64,000 nt of DNA from an uncultured virus (IMG/VR IMGVR_UViG_3300037245_002282). Lineage: Duplodnaviria > Heunggongvirae > Uroviricota > Caudoviricetes. This document shows, in pieces, positions 20,033 to 28,597 of this stretch. Both the position numbers and the translations under genes were made by a program. How positions within the stretch are numbered: the first letter of the stretch is position 1; every line of letters starts with the position of its first letter. Under the pieces are notes generated by a model. That model worked only from the letters and a program-made list of their open reading frames with translations. It was not told the origin of the DNA and did no database searches. The stretch is taken from IMG/VR virus record IMGVR_UViG_3300037245_002282. One strand, written 5' to 3'.

Positions 20033-20795
20033 ACTTTTCCTTCATTGCAGTAACCCAATTTTCCATAAGTTCCACAAGAGCTTCAACATCACCTGCCGTA
20101 TGTTTGATCACAGCTTTTGATATTTTCAGAGTAGGTACCAGTGCAATCTCTTTAGCAAAGAAATCACGGGTTTTTTTCAGCATCTTCGAGAGATCTTCCA
20201 TACCACTTACATCTTTACGGAGTTTTTCCCGCAGTTTCTTAAGCTTAACGATTGCAGCTTCCACATCTTCTTCAGACTCATCGCCCTGAGACTTTATAGC
20301 TTCCAGTTCTTCGAGAGCCTTTTCATAATCTTTCTGAAGCTCATCACCAGACGAATCATTTTCGAAAGCTTCTACCTGCTTTTGTGCCTCTGCCAGTTCT
20401 TTTTTAAGCTGTGCAATTTGCTGATCTTTTTCACCTTCAGGAGTATCTGCGTCAATCACCTCCATCTCAGCAGGTGCGGCAAGCTGAACAAGTGCGCTAT
20501 TTATACTGGAAGCATCAACCTTCAAAATAGAAGCACGTTCATTGTACATTTTCATATACTTTGAAGCTTGCACTCGATTGATCAATAAATGCTTCTCAAC
20601 AAAAGGAATCCACTGACCGTGGGGTGTTATTTCTTTCTGAGCGACAAGCGCTTCCCCCACTTCTATTGCGGCTGCAATGGTATTATTTGCTTTTGTCTCA
20701 ACATCTTTATGTAAAGCATTGATATGACTTGCCGCTTTAATAATCGGACTGACAACGGGTTTTTTTCCTGTTGTTTTAGATCCTGTACCTGCCAT
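20022..20795 (-). CDS. DUF3102-like DNA-binding domain plus long coiled coil
   Basis: IEVGEAL...K...PHGQWIPFVEKHL...RVQASKYMKMY, then an acidic coiled coil; overlaps the tubulin start. Confidence 0.7.
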   Translation of the reverse strand: MAGTGSKTTGKKPVVSPIIKAASHINALHKDVETKANNTIAAAIEVGEALVAQKEITPHGQWIPFVEKHLLINRVQASKYMKMYNERASILKVDASSINSALVQLAAPAEMEVIDADTPEGEKDQQIAQLKKELAEAQKQVEAFENDSSGDELQKDYEKALEELEAIKSQGDESEEDVEAAIVKLKKLREKLRKDVSGMEDLSKMLKKTRDFFAKEIALVPTLKISKAVIKHTAGDVEALVELMENWVTAMKEKFDV

Positions 20796-21732
20796 AGATT
20801 TCCTCCACTTGGTCTGGCGTTAATTTATTCGGGTCAACCCCGTCCGGTAATTCCAAAGTCACTGTGGGTACATGAGGATTCAATAACTCAAATTGCCCCA
20901 GTTTCTTTTTCTTACCTGTCTTTTCATTACCGTACATACCGGTTTCCCCCGCTGTATCACCATCATAACTCAAAATCACTTTCGAAGCATACTTTCTCAA
21001 AAGTCTAATCTTCTCAGGTGTCATAAGCATTGTACCCATATTAGATACGGCAGCAATTCCAAATTGTTGAAGATAAATTGCATCAAACTCACCTTCAACT
21101 ACTACAATAATAAATAATCGTTGATTAGGATAATTCCTTACAAGTTCCCGCAATCCAAATAAAGTACGATGCGGAGATCTACTTTTCCGAGTTTTAGGTG
21201 CTTGCTCAGAAGTTATCACTCGACCCACATACGATAATAATCGACCTTCAGGTGTATAAATCGGTAATACTACGCGCCCTTTATATTTCTTTACACCCGA
21301 CCGCATATCAAACCTGTGAATCATTTCTTTATTGATCCCGCGACTTATTACATAATCCCACTCAGGAGAACTTTCCACTAATTTAGGATACACCTTACGG
21401 AATGATTTAATATTGAAATACTTAAGCCGGTTATCATCAGAATGCAAACGTTCACGAATACGCTCCTCTAATTCCGATACATCATCCTGACCTCTAACTA
21501 ATCTACGAGCCTGTGAGAATGTAATGCCTACAGACTCTACAAGAAACTCAGCTAAACTGACTTCAGCACCACATCCAAAACACCTCAGATAACCACTATC
21601 CGCCCATATCCCAGCGGACGGATCATTATCATCGTGAAATGGGCATACCACCATAAATCGATTACCGAGATCTTCATAATCAATTCCCTGACTCCGCAAA
21701 ATTGATTCAACTTCCATGAAACATTCTATCAA
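20776..21732 (-). CDS. dnaG: DNA primase (CHC2 Zn finger + TOPRIM)
   Basis: CPFHDD..PS...CFGC; VVEGEFDA; YDGDTAG; DPN. Confidence 0.93.
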   Translation of the reverse strand: MIECFMEVESILRSQGIDYEDLGNRFMVVCPFHDDNDPSAGIWADSGYLRCFGCGAEVSLAEFLVESVGITFSQARRLVRGQDDVSELEERIRERLHSDDNRLKYFNIKSFRKVYPKLVESSPEWDYVISRGINKEMIHRFDMRSGVKKYKGRVVLPIYTPEGRLLSYVGRVITSEQAPKTRKSRSPHRTLFGLRELVRNYPNQRLFIIVVVEGEFDAIYLQQFGIAAVSNMGTMLMTPEKIRLLRKYASKVILSYDGDTAGETGMYGNEKTGKKKKLGQFELLNPHVPTVTLELPDGVDPNKLTPDQVEEIYGRYRI

Positions 21733-21916
21733 CTATAATTGATGCCCCACCCGAAGCTCGCACCCACGCCCTTAAAATAATTTTTGGAATACTCGAGATT
21801 ACAGCCTCATCAAGTTCTTTATCATGAACTTTACATAGATTAGCCCACGCAACACCCTCACGGTTTAAACAAAAATATTCAGCTTTATTATTACAATCTT
21901 TCCACGTACAAATCAT
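21707..21916 (-). CDS. small Cys/His zinc-binding protein
   Basis: CTWKDC...LCKVH; ATGA overlap with dnaB stop. Confidence 0.55.
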   Translation of the reverse strand: MICTWKDCNNKAEYFCLNREGVAWANLCKVHDKELDEAVISSIPKIILRAWVRASGGASIIVDRMFHGS

Positions 21917-23367
21917 AAACTCTGTTTCCTTGCTCTAGGTTTAGGTTTTGTCTTTCTGACCTTTCTCTCCATATCAATTGAATGACCGGACATACCTGCA
22001 AGAGTACTGGCCGTTTTAACTTCCTCATTCAATCGCATAATAGATAAATTAGGACTCAATTTAATAGGTTTCTTCGGAGGCTCCGCATTACGCATTTTAA
22101 TAACTTGAAACTTCATCCGACCTTCAATAACATCTTTATCAGTTTGAATCAGAGCAACAATAATCGGAGCCGCTTCAGAAATAGCACGGGCATATTTCAA
22201 ATCGGATGCATCATATAACTCTTTACCATAGGCGTCATCAATAACCTGACCGGCCGTCCAGCCAACAAGATTATATTCGGAACAAAAACCTTTAAAATCC
22301 CAAACAGCCTCTGATTGATCCTTCCAGTCACTTCGACCTTTAGTAATCGGATCCACAATATTTATATAATCTAAACCGACCACACCTATACGTTGTCCAG
22401 TATCTTCCTCAAATCGAATCTTGTCCCGTTCCAGATCGGCTACAGTAAACCGCCGAGGATAACCACACAGGATCAACACATTCTCACGTGATGCTTTATA
22501 CTGGATGATAGTTTCATCCCATTTTTTATAATCATCTTCATCTAATTCGGCAGTCCTGAACTTCATACCATGAATACGTGTAAGTCTAGAATCAATTCTA
22601 AAAGCCAGCTCATCTACAGACATTTCCCCGGAACCTATCATCACATTTTCCCCATTCTCATAAGCAGTCACACAAAACTCGATTAAAGCTGCCGTTTTAC
22701 CTACCCCGGTAACACCTGCTACCACCGCAAACTCTTTCGGCATAATACCCCCAGTCATTCTGTCAAAGGCATATATACCGGTACGAGTACCAGCCTCGCC
22801 ATCTTCAGATTCATCCTTAACTGCTTCCTTTTCGAGCATCACTTCTTTTCGGTGTTCATAATGATCTAAATATAATACGGCATTTTCAGAATCCCGAATC
22901 ACAGCAGCTTTAGTCACATCGGACAAAGTTCTCTTTGAAGCATCTAAATCAAAAGTACGAATAGATCCGATTACTTTCCCGCAAGCCGTTAAAACTCTAC
23001 GGGATTCAAATAGTCTGAGAAGTTGGGTCATCATGTGCTGAACAGTCTTTGGACTAATCGGTGCCGTATTCACTTCGTATAACTGTTCCAAAGCCTCTTC
23101 AAATAAACCTTGCTCAGATTTATCCATAATCTGACGATCTCTCAATTCATTCAGGACCATAGCTTTTGACAAGGGTATCCTAAGATCTTCAGCAACAGCG
23201 TAAACATCCTGTAATAATATATCTGAAAACCAATCACTTTCAACAGTTCCCAATATAGCAGGATTCTCTCTAAGTGCATATGCGAGTAATTGATATTCAA
23301 TTTCAATATCTCTGAAATCAGAAGCCTTTTCAGTTACTTCCTGTTCAATACTCTTTTTCCCAGCCAA
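21913..23367 (-). CDS. dnaB: DnaB-like replicative helicase
   Basis: TGIYAFD..TGG, GVTGVGKT, SGEMS, LDYINI, KMRN; TTG start at 23367 after GGAGGA. Confidence 0.9.
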   Translation of the reverse strand: MAGKKSIEQEVTEKASDFRDIEIEYQLLAYALRENPAILGTVESDWFSDILLQDVYAVAEDLRIPLSKAMVLNELRDRQIMDKSEQGLFEEALEQLYEVNTAPISPKTVQHMMTQLLRLFESRRVLTACGKVIGSIRTFDLDASKRTLSDVTKAAVIRDSENAVLYLDHYEHRKEVMLEKEAVKDESEDGEAGTRTGIYAFDRMTGGIMPKEFAVVAGVTGVGKTAALIEFCVTAYENGENVMIGSGEMSVDELAFRIDSRLTRIHGMKFRTAELDEDDYKKWDETIIQYKASRENVLILCGYPRRFTVADLERDKIRFEEDTGQRIGVVGLDYINIVDPITKGRSDWKDQSEAVWDFKGFCSEYNLVGWTAGQVIDDAYGKELYDASDLKYARAISEAAPIIVALIQTDKDVIEGRMKFQVIKMRNAEPPKKPIKLSPNLSIMRLNEEVKTASTLAGMSGHSIDMERKVRKTKPKPRARKQSL

Positions 23368-24148
23368 CGGCTTCCTCCTGAACCTCTCTATTATGCAGCG
23401 CGTAAGCAAACTCCATAACATGATGATTCATATATTCAACTTCATCTTCCAGTCGATCTAACCAATCGGCATTTTGAGTTTTACGATAATCCTCACCGGC
23501 CAGTGTTAAAAATCTAAGATGACCTCTTAACATTGACATAGTGGACTCCCCAAACATTTTACCTAAATCATCTTCAACCAAATTAGTACAGATAATAAAC
23601 GCAACACCGCTGGATATCATCCTACGAATAAACTCTTCCAAAATCTTTGCTACAAAGTTCGATTTTTGAGCTATGTATACTTTATCTAACTCATCGAACA
23701 ATATAATTTTTCCCGACTCATATTCCTCAAGTAATTCAACATCTTTCGATTTCACAGCCTCAACATATTGCTGTGCTGTGAAATATTGAACCGAATACCC
23801 TTGAGTAACAGCTGATTTTCCAATAGCGCATTGTAGAGATGTTTTACCTCTACCGTTAGGACCCATAAGCAACATACCTAAAGATTTTCGAGTCGCTATT
23901 TTTAATTTATCAATATACCGTTGAGCAACTGCAATAAGTTGCTGTGGTTTGACAGATGTTAAATCATCTAAAGTTAAATCCCAGTATTCTGTAGGTATCT
24001 TCGCTTCAATTAAATAATTTAAATATCGTTGAACTATACGGCACGAACATTCCTGATCCACTACAAATCCATTACCTTGACAAATAGAACAGTTATCTAC
24101 CAGCTCAATTTTCAAGTCTTCCATTTGTTCAAGTAATTTCTTACGCAT
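23345..24148 (-). CDS. dnaC: DnaC/IstB-like AAA+ helicase loader
   Basis: CSICQG...CSC Zn module; GPNGRGKT; FDELD; ICTN; GEDYRK. Confidence 0.87.
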   Translation of the reverse strand: MRKKLLEQMEDLKIELVDNCSICQGNGFVVDQECSCRIVQRYLNYLIEAKIPTEYWDLTLDDLTSVKPQQLIAVAQRYIDKLKIATRKSLGMLLMGPNGRGKTSLQCAIGKSAVTQGYSVQYFTAQQYVEAVKSKDVELLEEYESGKIILFDELDKVYIAQKSNFVAKILEEFIRRMISSGVAFIICTNLVEDDLGKMFGESTMSMLRGHLRFLTLAGEDYRKTQNADWLDRLEDEVEYMNHHVMEFAYALHNREVQEEAVGWEKEY

Positions 24149-24921
24149 TATTTCACCTCTCCAAACTCTGCGATTAGTGTTTTTTCTTGTTCATCCAGAA
24201 CCTTTTGATACGCTTCACTATTTTCCATATTACTGGTTACATTTAGATAAGTATCATCATCCTCTATAGCATCTTCAAACTCAGATACCATAGAGGGATA
24301 CAGAAACAGACCATAATTAAACTTCATTCTTGGATACTTTTCAACTCGGTACCATTTACAATAGGCTTCAAAGTCTTTTACTTGCTCTATAAGTAACAAC
24401 AAGGTAGAGAACTTATTCTTCTTTGTTAGAAAAATAGGGTTAATCTGTGAGGATCTGAAATATTTTAAAAGAATCTCTTTAGCCTTTAACCAGTCTTCAT
24501 CAGATTCAATATCTTTAACAGACCATTGACCTTTCAAATGTTCACCTGAGTGATCATTTAAGTTTTTAGGTTTGGCTTTAGCTCCGTCATTCTTATCTTT
24601 CTCTTCTTCTATAGAACTATTATAACTCTTTAAGATAAGAGGAACAGACTCGGCTAAAGCCAAACCTATTTTATTTTGCACTTCTATAAGTTTTTTGTTG
24701 CCCTGAGAAGGGATTACCCTGATAAAACCTGTTCGGGATAATGCGCGTGTAGTACGTTTTATCATCTGTTGAGATAATCCTGTCGCCTCTCTTATTTCAA
24801 TCTGTGTCGGGGCATCTGATCCATGATCTTCGAAATAACTGAATAGTAATAATAATTGATACCGGTCACTAGCGGCTGCCAGTTTCCATAAGTTAGTTCG
24901 AGTCTTCGATAGAATCATCAC
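24148..24921 (-). CDS. putative replication initiator (N-terminal winged HTH)
   Basis: PTQIEIREATGLSQQMIKRTTRALSRTGFI; directly upstream of dnaC-dnaB; ori-like repeats inside. Confidence 0.65.
   Translation of the reverse strand: MMILSKTRTNLWKLAAASDRYQLLLLFSYFEDHGSDAPTQIEIREATGLSQQMIKRTTRALSRTGFIRVIPSQGNKKLIEVQNKIGLALAESVPLILKSYNSSIEEEKDKNDGAKAKPKNLNDHSGEHLKGQWSVKDIESDEDWLKAKEILLKYFRSSQINPIFLTKKNKFSTLLLLIEQVKDFEAYCKWYRVEKYPRMKFNYGLFLYPSMVSEFEDAIEDDDTYLNVTSNMENSEAYQKVLDEQEKTLIAEFGEVK
24533..24668. repeat. ori-like cluster: palindrome plus nested inverted repeats
   Basis: taggtttggctttagc 24567-24582 / gctaaagccaaaccta 24653-24668 (16/16); tcttatctt 24591-24599 / aagataaga 24632-24640; palindrome 24536-24559. 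Confidence 0.7.
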
Positions 24922-25286
24922 AGTAAATCCTCATCAGCGGATATAGACAGCGGAGCCACTTGCTTAACAGGAGTTGTTATTTCGGTACTGGACCGTCGGC
25001 GTTTTCTAGGATTCTGATACATACCTGAAAAAGATGTATATACTAAAGTCTCCGCAGTCCTTCTACCAATCCGGGGATCGTGTTCAACAAGAGCTTTAGC
25101 TGCCTGTCGTTTATTCATACCGTCTACTAAACAGTTTTCAAGATATTCAACACGCTGCATAGTGACAGTTAGGATACTTCGATGTGCTTCATATGCTTCA
25201 GATAATTCACGTACCCTAGATGGACAAGCCCCGTAAGGATCAGGATGAATAATAATCTCAATAGCTTCCCGTAATCGTTTCGTCAT
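24918..25286 (-). CDS. hypothetical protein, possible HTH
   Basis: GGAGG RBS; GMNKRQAAKAL...IGRRTAETLVY. Confidence 0.6.
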   Translation of the reverse strand: MTKRLREAIEIIIHPDPYGACPSRVRELSEAYEAHRSILTVTMQRVEYLENCLVDGMNKRQAAKALVEHDPRIGRRTAETLVYTSFSGMYQNPRKRRRSSTEITTPVKQVAPLSISADEDLL

Positions 25287-25310
25287 AGATAGACCTCCAA
25301 TTAGAAATAA

Positions 25311-25886
25311 TCACACAAAGGGTAGATATCTAACAACACCTTTAAAGATCCGATTCTGAATTACATATAGATAATCAACAGAAACTGATAATTCATGAGC
25401 TGAATCAATTGTATTATATCCTTTACGCATAAGACGAAACCAGTTTAAAGCAATACTGTACTGTTTAGCTTTATTTGCCTCAACCTTAAGACTATTATCA
25501 ATCTTATCAAGTGTATCATTGGCTTCAACCAGTTCATAACTTGAATCATAACTAGGAATCTCATACTGTGTATGTTGATTTTGATTAGTGAATTGTTGTG
25601 TTTGTATTTGATCGTAATGAATCAGTTTTTCATTAAAGGGTAATTTTTTCATACGACCATCTATCATATGCCCATACTTTGAAAATACCGCAGATCGGGC
25701 AGTATCAGATGGGGTCTTGCTCCCATCATATTTATTCATGGCTTTAATAATAGCTTCCCATAACTCCTGTTTAACATCCTCATGGTCCATAGAATTAGGA
25801 AATTTTTGAGCAACTTTGTGAGCGTGATATCCTATGTAATTTTGTAGATAGGTATCTTTGATCACTTCGTTTATTACGGCGGTCAT
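25311..25886 (-). CDS. sigma70-like RNA polymerase sigma factor
   Basis: Region-2-like MDHEDVKQELWEAIIKAMNKYD and region-4-like GYNTIDSAHELSVS; GAGGAGG RBS; first gene after the consensus promoter. Confidence 0.7.
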   Translation of the reverse strand: MTAVINEVIKDTYLQNYIGYHAHKVAQKFPNSMDHEDVKQELWEAIIKAMNKYDGSKTPSDTARSAVFSKYGHMIDGRMKKLPFNEKLIHYDQIQTQQFTNQNQHTQYEIPSYDSSYELVEANDTLDKIDNSLKVEANKAKQYSIALNWFRLMRKGYNTIDSAHELSVSVDYLYVIQNRIFKGVVRYLPFV

Positions 25887-25904
25887 AGCTTCCTCCTCAA
25901 GAAA

Positions 25905-25922
25905 CTTGTTCTACTAGAATTA
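25905..25922. promoter_or_regulatory. 18-bp operator-like site, copy 1 (cttgttctactagaatta)
   Basis: Identical to 54430-54447; palindromic core TTCTA-c-TAGAA; overlaps -10/+1. Confidence 0.65.
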
Positions 25923-25947
25923 TACAATAGTTTTACATATGTGTCAA
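25919..25947 (-). promoter_or_regulatory. consensus sigma70 promoter
   Basis: TTGACA (25947-25942), 17 bp spacer, TATAAT (25924-25919). Confidence 0.92.
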
Positions 25948-25974
25948 GTCGTGTTTTTTCGTGTTCTTAGCCTT

Positions 25975-26030
25975 AAAAGGGATGACCCCGAAGAGCCATC
26001 CCAGAGAAGAAGAGATGCCCCGAAGGGCAC
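25975..26030 (-). terminator. tandem intrinsic terminators with UUCG loops after the lysis cassette
   Basis: GTGCCC-TTCG-GGGCAT followed by CTCTTCTTCT, then GGGATGGCTC-TTCG-GGGTCATCCC-TTTT. Confidence 0.85.
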
Positions 26031-26032
26031 TT

Positions 26033-26548
26033 TCATTTAACACTTAAATAGATACCAATCCCTATTAAAATAGTCTCTATAATCGCTACTACAAGCAAAG
26101 TATTTCTTTGAGCTTTCAATCTACTCTGATCAATTTCATATTCAGTAATAATATCTATAATCTGCTGTTCGTGTTTACCTTCATTTGCTTTTAACTCCGC
26201 CAGAGTATCGGTCAATGATATCCCCAATGCTGTCAATTGAATCTCCAAGTTTGATATGTGAGTCTCCAAGTTCTTTTGATGCTTTAAGGCTTTCATTAAG
26301 GCGCTCGTTAAGATGTCTATTTTCGTCTGTAAGATCTCCGGCGATTCCAACGCTTCGATCAAGCTCATCTCTAAGCGCTCTATTATCTCGCCTTGTGTCA
26401 CCCAAAGTGATTTCAAGTTCTGATACTCGTCCGTTAGCGTCTTCCAATCCGAGTTTGTAACTGTTACGCTCTGCGCGTATACTATCGGCGAGTTCGATAG
26501 CAGCAGACAAATCAAGATCAGGACGGAGACGAATCGCAATTGAATCAT
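26033..26548 (-). CDS. spanin-like protein: signal peptide, coiled coil, C-terminal TM
   Basis: Hydrophobic N-terminus ending VYA-Q; heptad coiled coil; TLLVVAIIETILIGIGIYL; ATG overlaps the holin TGA. Confidence 0.6.
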   Translation of the reverse strand: MIQLRFVSVLILICLLLSNSPIVYAQSVTVTNSDWKTLTDEYQNLKSLWVTQGEIIERLEMSLIEALESPEILQTKIDILTSALMKALKHQKNLETHISNLEIQLTALGISLTDTLAELKANEGKHEQQIIDIITEYEIDQSRLKAQRNTLLVVAIIETILIGIGIYLSVK

Positions 26549-26618
26549 AAACCGCCACCCCCAGCAGAACCAGAACTAAGGCTACTGCTATTTTCCACAT
26601 CCACGGTTTTACTTTCAT
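26181..26618 (-). CDS. i-spanin (Rz)-like protein: N-terminal TM plus coiled coil
   Basis: IAVALVLVLLGVAVY then heptads; strong GGAGGAGGGG RBS inside the holin gene. Confidence 0.65.
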   Translation of the reverse strand: MKVKPWMWKIAVALVLVLLGVAVYDSIAIRLRPDLDLSAAIELADSIRAERNSYKLGLEDANGRVSELEITLGDTRRDNRALRDELDRSVGIAGDLTDENRHLNERLNESLKASKELGDSHIKLGDSIDSIGDIIDRYSGGVKSK

Positions 26619-26916
26619 TGACCCCTCCTCCGGGTATTTGTGTTATCTGTTGTTCTCGAGACTCACTGCGTTGCTGTACAACCTTCATTGCTTGTCCGCC
26701 AGCAGCCAGTGCTAGACCTCCGCTTACTAACATGACTAAACTACCTGTTGCCTGTATTACGAACGGATCAGCCCCGTTGACAACCTTCATAATCACAATT
26801 GAGAGAAGTACCATTCCCCATACGACTACTATTCCGCCAAGGATAAATCCAAGAAATGCCAGAAGTCGCATCATAGAGTGATTACTTGGTGTCCGTTCAA
26901 AAAATCCAGTTTTCAT
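26545..26916 (-). CDS. holin-like membrane protein (2 TM)
   Basis: Two hydrophobic segments; follows the tail fibre; AAGGGG RBS. Confidence 0.6.
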   Translation of the reverse strand: MKTGFFERTPSNHSMMRLLAFLGFILGGIVVVWGMVLLSIVIMKVVNGADPFVIQATGSLVMLVSGGLALAAGGQAMKVVQQRSESREQQITQIPGGGVNESKTVDVENSSSLSSGSAGGGGL

Positions 26917-26928
26917 ATTAACCCCTTT

Positions 26929-28587
26929 TTATTCTCCATCTCTAAATACAGGAGTTGGAGGTAAATCCATAAATGCTAGTTGATAAGTTCTAAGATCCTC
27001 AAGAGTAGGATCTATAAAAGCTATTTTATTATTAACTAAACCCGCTATAGTCATATTTCCTATACCTGAAATATTTAAGTCGTTCCCTATTTGCAACCAA
27101 TCGGTTCCATCAAAATCATAAGTTCTGAGATCCTGATTAGCAGCATCCATATATGCAATCCTTGAAGCGGTTAATGTTGTGATTGCTGGTACTGTTGCAC
27201 CTGAAATATTTAAGTCGTTCCCTATTTGCAACCAATCGGTTCCATCAAAATCATAAGTTCTGAGATCATCATTTCCAGTATCCATATATGCAATCCTTGA
27301 AGATAATAATGCTGTAATTGAAGGACTAGTTACACCTGCAATATTTAAATCATTCCCTGTTTGCGACCAATTGGTTCCATCAAAATCATAAGTTCTGAGA
27401 TCCTCCTCAGTAGAATCAATATATGCAATCCTTGAAGCTGTTAATGCTGTAATTGTTGGTGAACCATCTACATCTGCAATATTTAAGTCATTCCCTGTTT
27501 GCGACCAATCAGTCCCATCAAAATCATAAGTTCTGAGATCCTGATTAGTAGTATCTATGAAAGCAATCCTTGAAGATGATAATGCTGCTATTGCTACATT
27601 ACCTACAGTTGAAATATTTAAGTCATTCCCTGTTTGCGACCAATCAGTCCCATCAAAATCATAAGTTCTGAGATCAGCATTTGTGAGATCTATAAAAGCA
27701 ACCCTTGAAGCCGTTAATGCTGTAATTTCTGGATTTCCTATACCTGAAATATTTAAGTCGTTCCCTATTTGTGAAAATATTAAAGGAACTTTTGAATTAA
27801 CCATATTCAACCCTAATTCATGAAGAGCTGCTTCAACATCAGCATCATTATAATACATACCAAAATCTTCAATCCCTATTTTCGAAGCACCTTCACCCGT
27901 ACTAGTCGATTCTAACACCTCAGTAAACAACTTTAATATTGTTGTATCAGCTTCCGTATCCCACACATCTGAATCTCGAACATCGTTTATATCATTTTGA
28001 GTTAAGACAGTTTGAGTAGCCGCTATAGAAACTTCAGCCAATTTTATCCAGCCTGCCGTTTTAGAAGGTGCTGAAGGTGATCCTGCCGGAGTTCCTTCTA
28101 ATATTTGAAACTCGAATCCATACTCTAAACTTGTGTTTATTACGGCTGTATTAACTAATTTGGTTATCGGGTCTTTAAAGTTTCTGGACGCCGAATTGTA
28201 AGGGATTTCAATAGGTCGAATCTCAAGAACATCAATTCGGGGATTCGTAGGATCAGCTGTAGTAAACGCAATCGCGGTATCATCCGGTACCACGACACTA
28301 AATGCATCCCCTGCCGCAGCTACAAATCCCCATACACCATCTGACGCATAAGCTCCATTAAAAGATAATGCAGCTCCTGTCTTCAAAGTACACGTGAGAA
28401 GTGTGTTAATATTTAATTGAAGACCGTTTAAAACCGAATCTACAATATCCTGATACATAAGAGCAAGAAAAGTATCCGTAAGATTTTGATATCTTTGAAT
28501 ACCTAGTCTATTGAGATCTATATCCATACATATTTCATTAGGAAACCACTGTTGAGTTTTAGTTCCTTTTTCATCTGCGTATTTCAT
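26929..28587 (-). CDS. tail fibre / receptor-binding protein with C-terminal propeller repeats
   Basis: Baseplate-anchor-like ADPTNPRID...GTPAGSPSAP...WIKLAEV; GASKIGIED motif; six 45-aa repeats. Confidence 0.8.
   Translation of the reverse strand: MKYADEKGTKTQQWFPNEICMDIDLNRLGIQRYQNLTDTFLALMYQDIVDSVLNGLQLNINTLLTCTLKTGAALSFNGAYASDGVWGFVAAAGDAFSVVVPDDTAIAFTTADPTNPRIDVLEIRPIEIPYNSASRNFKDPITKLVNTAVINTSLEYGFEFQILEGTPAGSPSAPSKTAGWIKLAEVSIAATQTVLTQNDINDVRDSDVWDTEADTTILKLFTEVLESTSTGEGASKIGIEDFGMYYNDADVEAALHELGLNMVNSKVPLIFSQIGNDLNISGIGNPEITALTASRVAFIDLTNADLRTYDFDGTDWSQTGNDLNISTVGNVAIAALSSSRIAFIDTTNQDLRTYDFDGTDWSQTGNDLNIADVDGSPTITALTASRIAYIDSTEEDLRTYDFDGTNWSQTGNDLNIAGVTSPSITALLSSRIAYMDTGNDDLRTYDFDGTDWLQIGNDLNISGATVPAITTLTASRIAYMDAANQDLRTYDFDGTDWLQIGNDLNISGIGNMTIAGLVNNKIAFIDPTLEDLRTYQLAFMDLPPTPVFRDGE
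26980..27774 (-). repeat. six tandem ~135-bp (45-aa) intragenic repeats
   Basis: Q[IT]GNDLNI...I.AL..SRIA[FY].D...DLRTYDFDGTDW; nucleotide core ccatcaaaatcataagttctgagatc recurs every 135-138 bp. Confidence 0.92.
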
Positions 28588-28597
28588 TTATTACTCC

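Noticed and set aside
26980..27774. Regularly spaced repeats as a CRISPR array or DGR template/variable pair
   Set aside because: The period is a multiple of 3 inside an ORF, the intervening sequences are homologous, and no cas or reverse transcriptase gene is present
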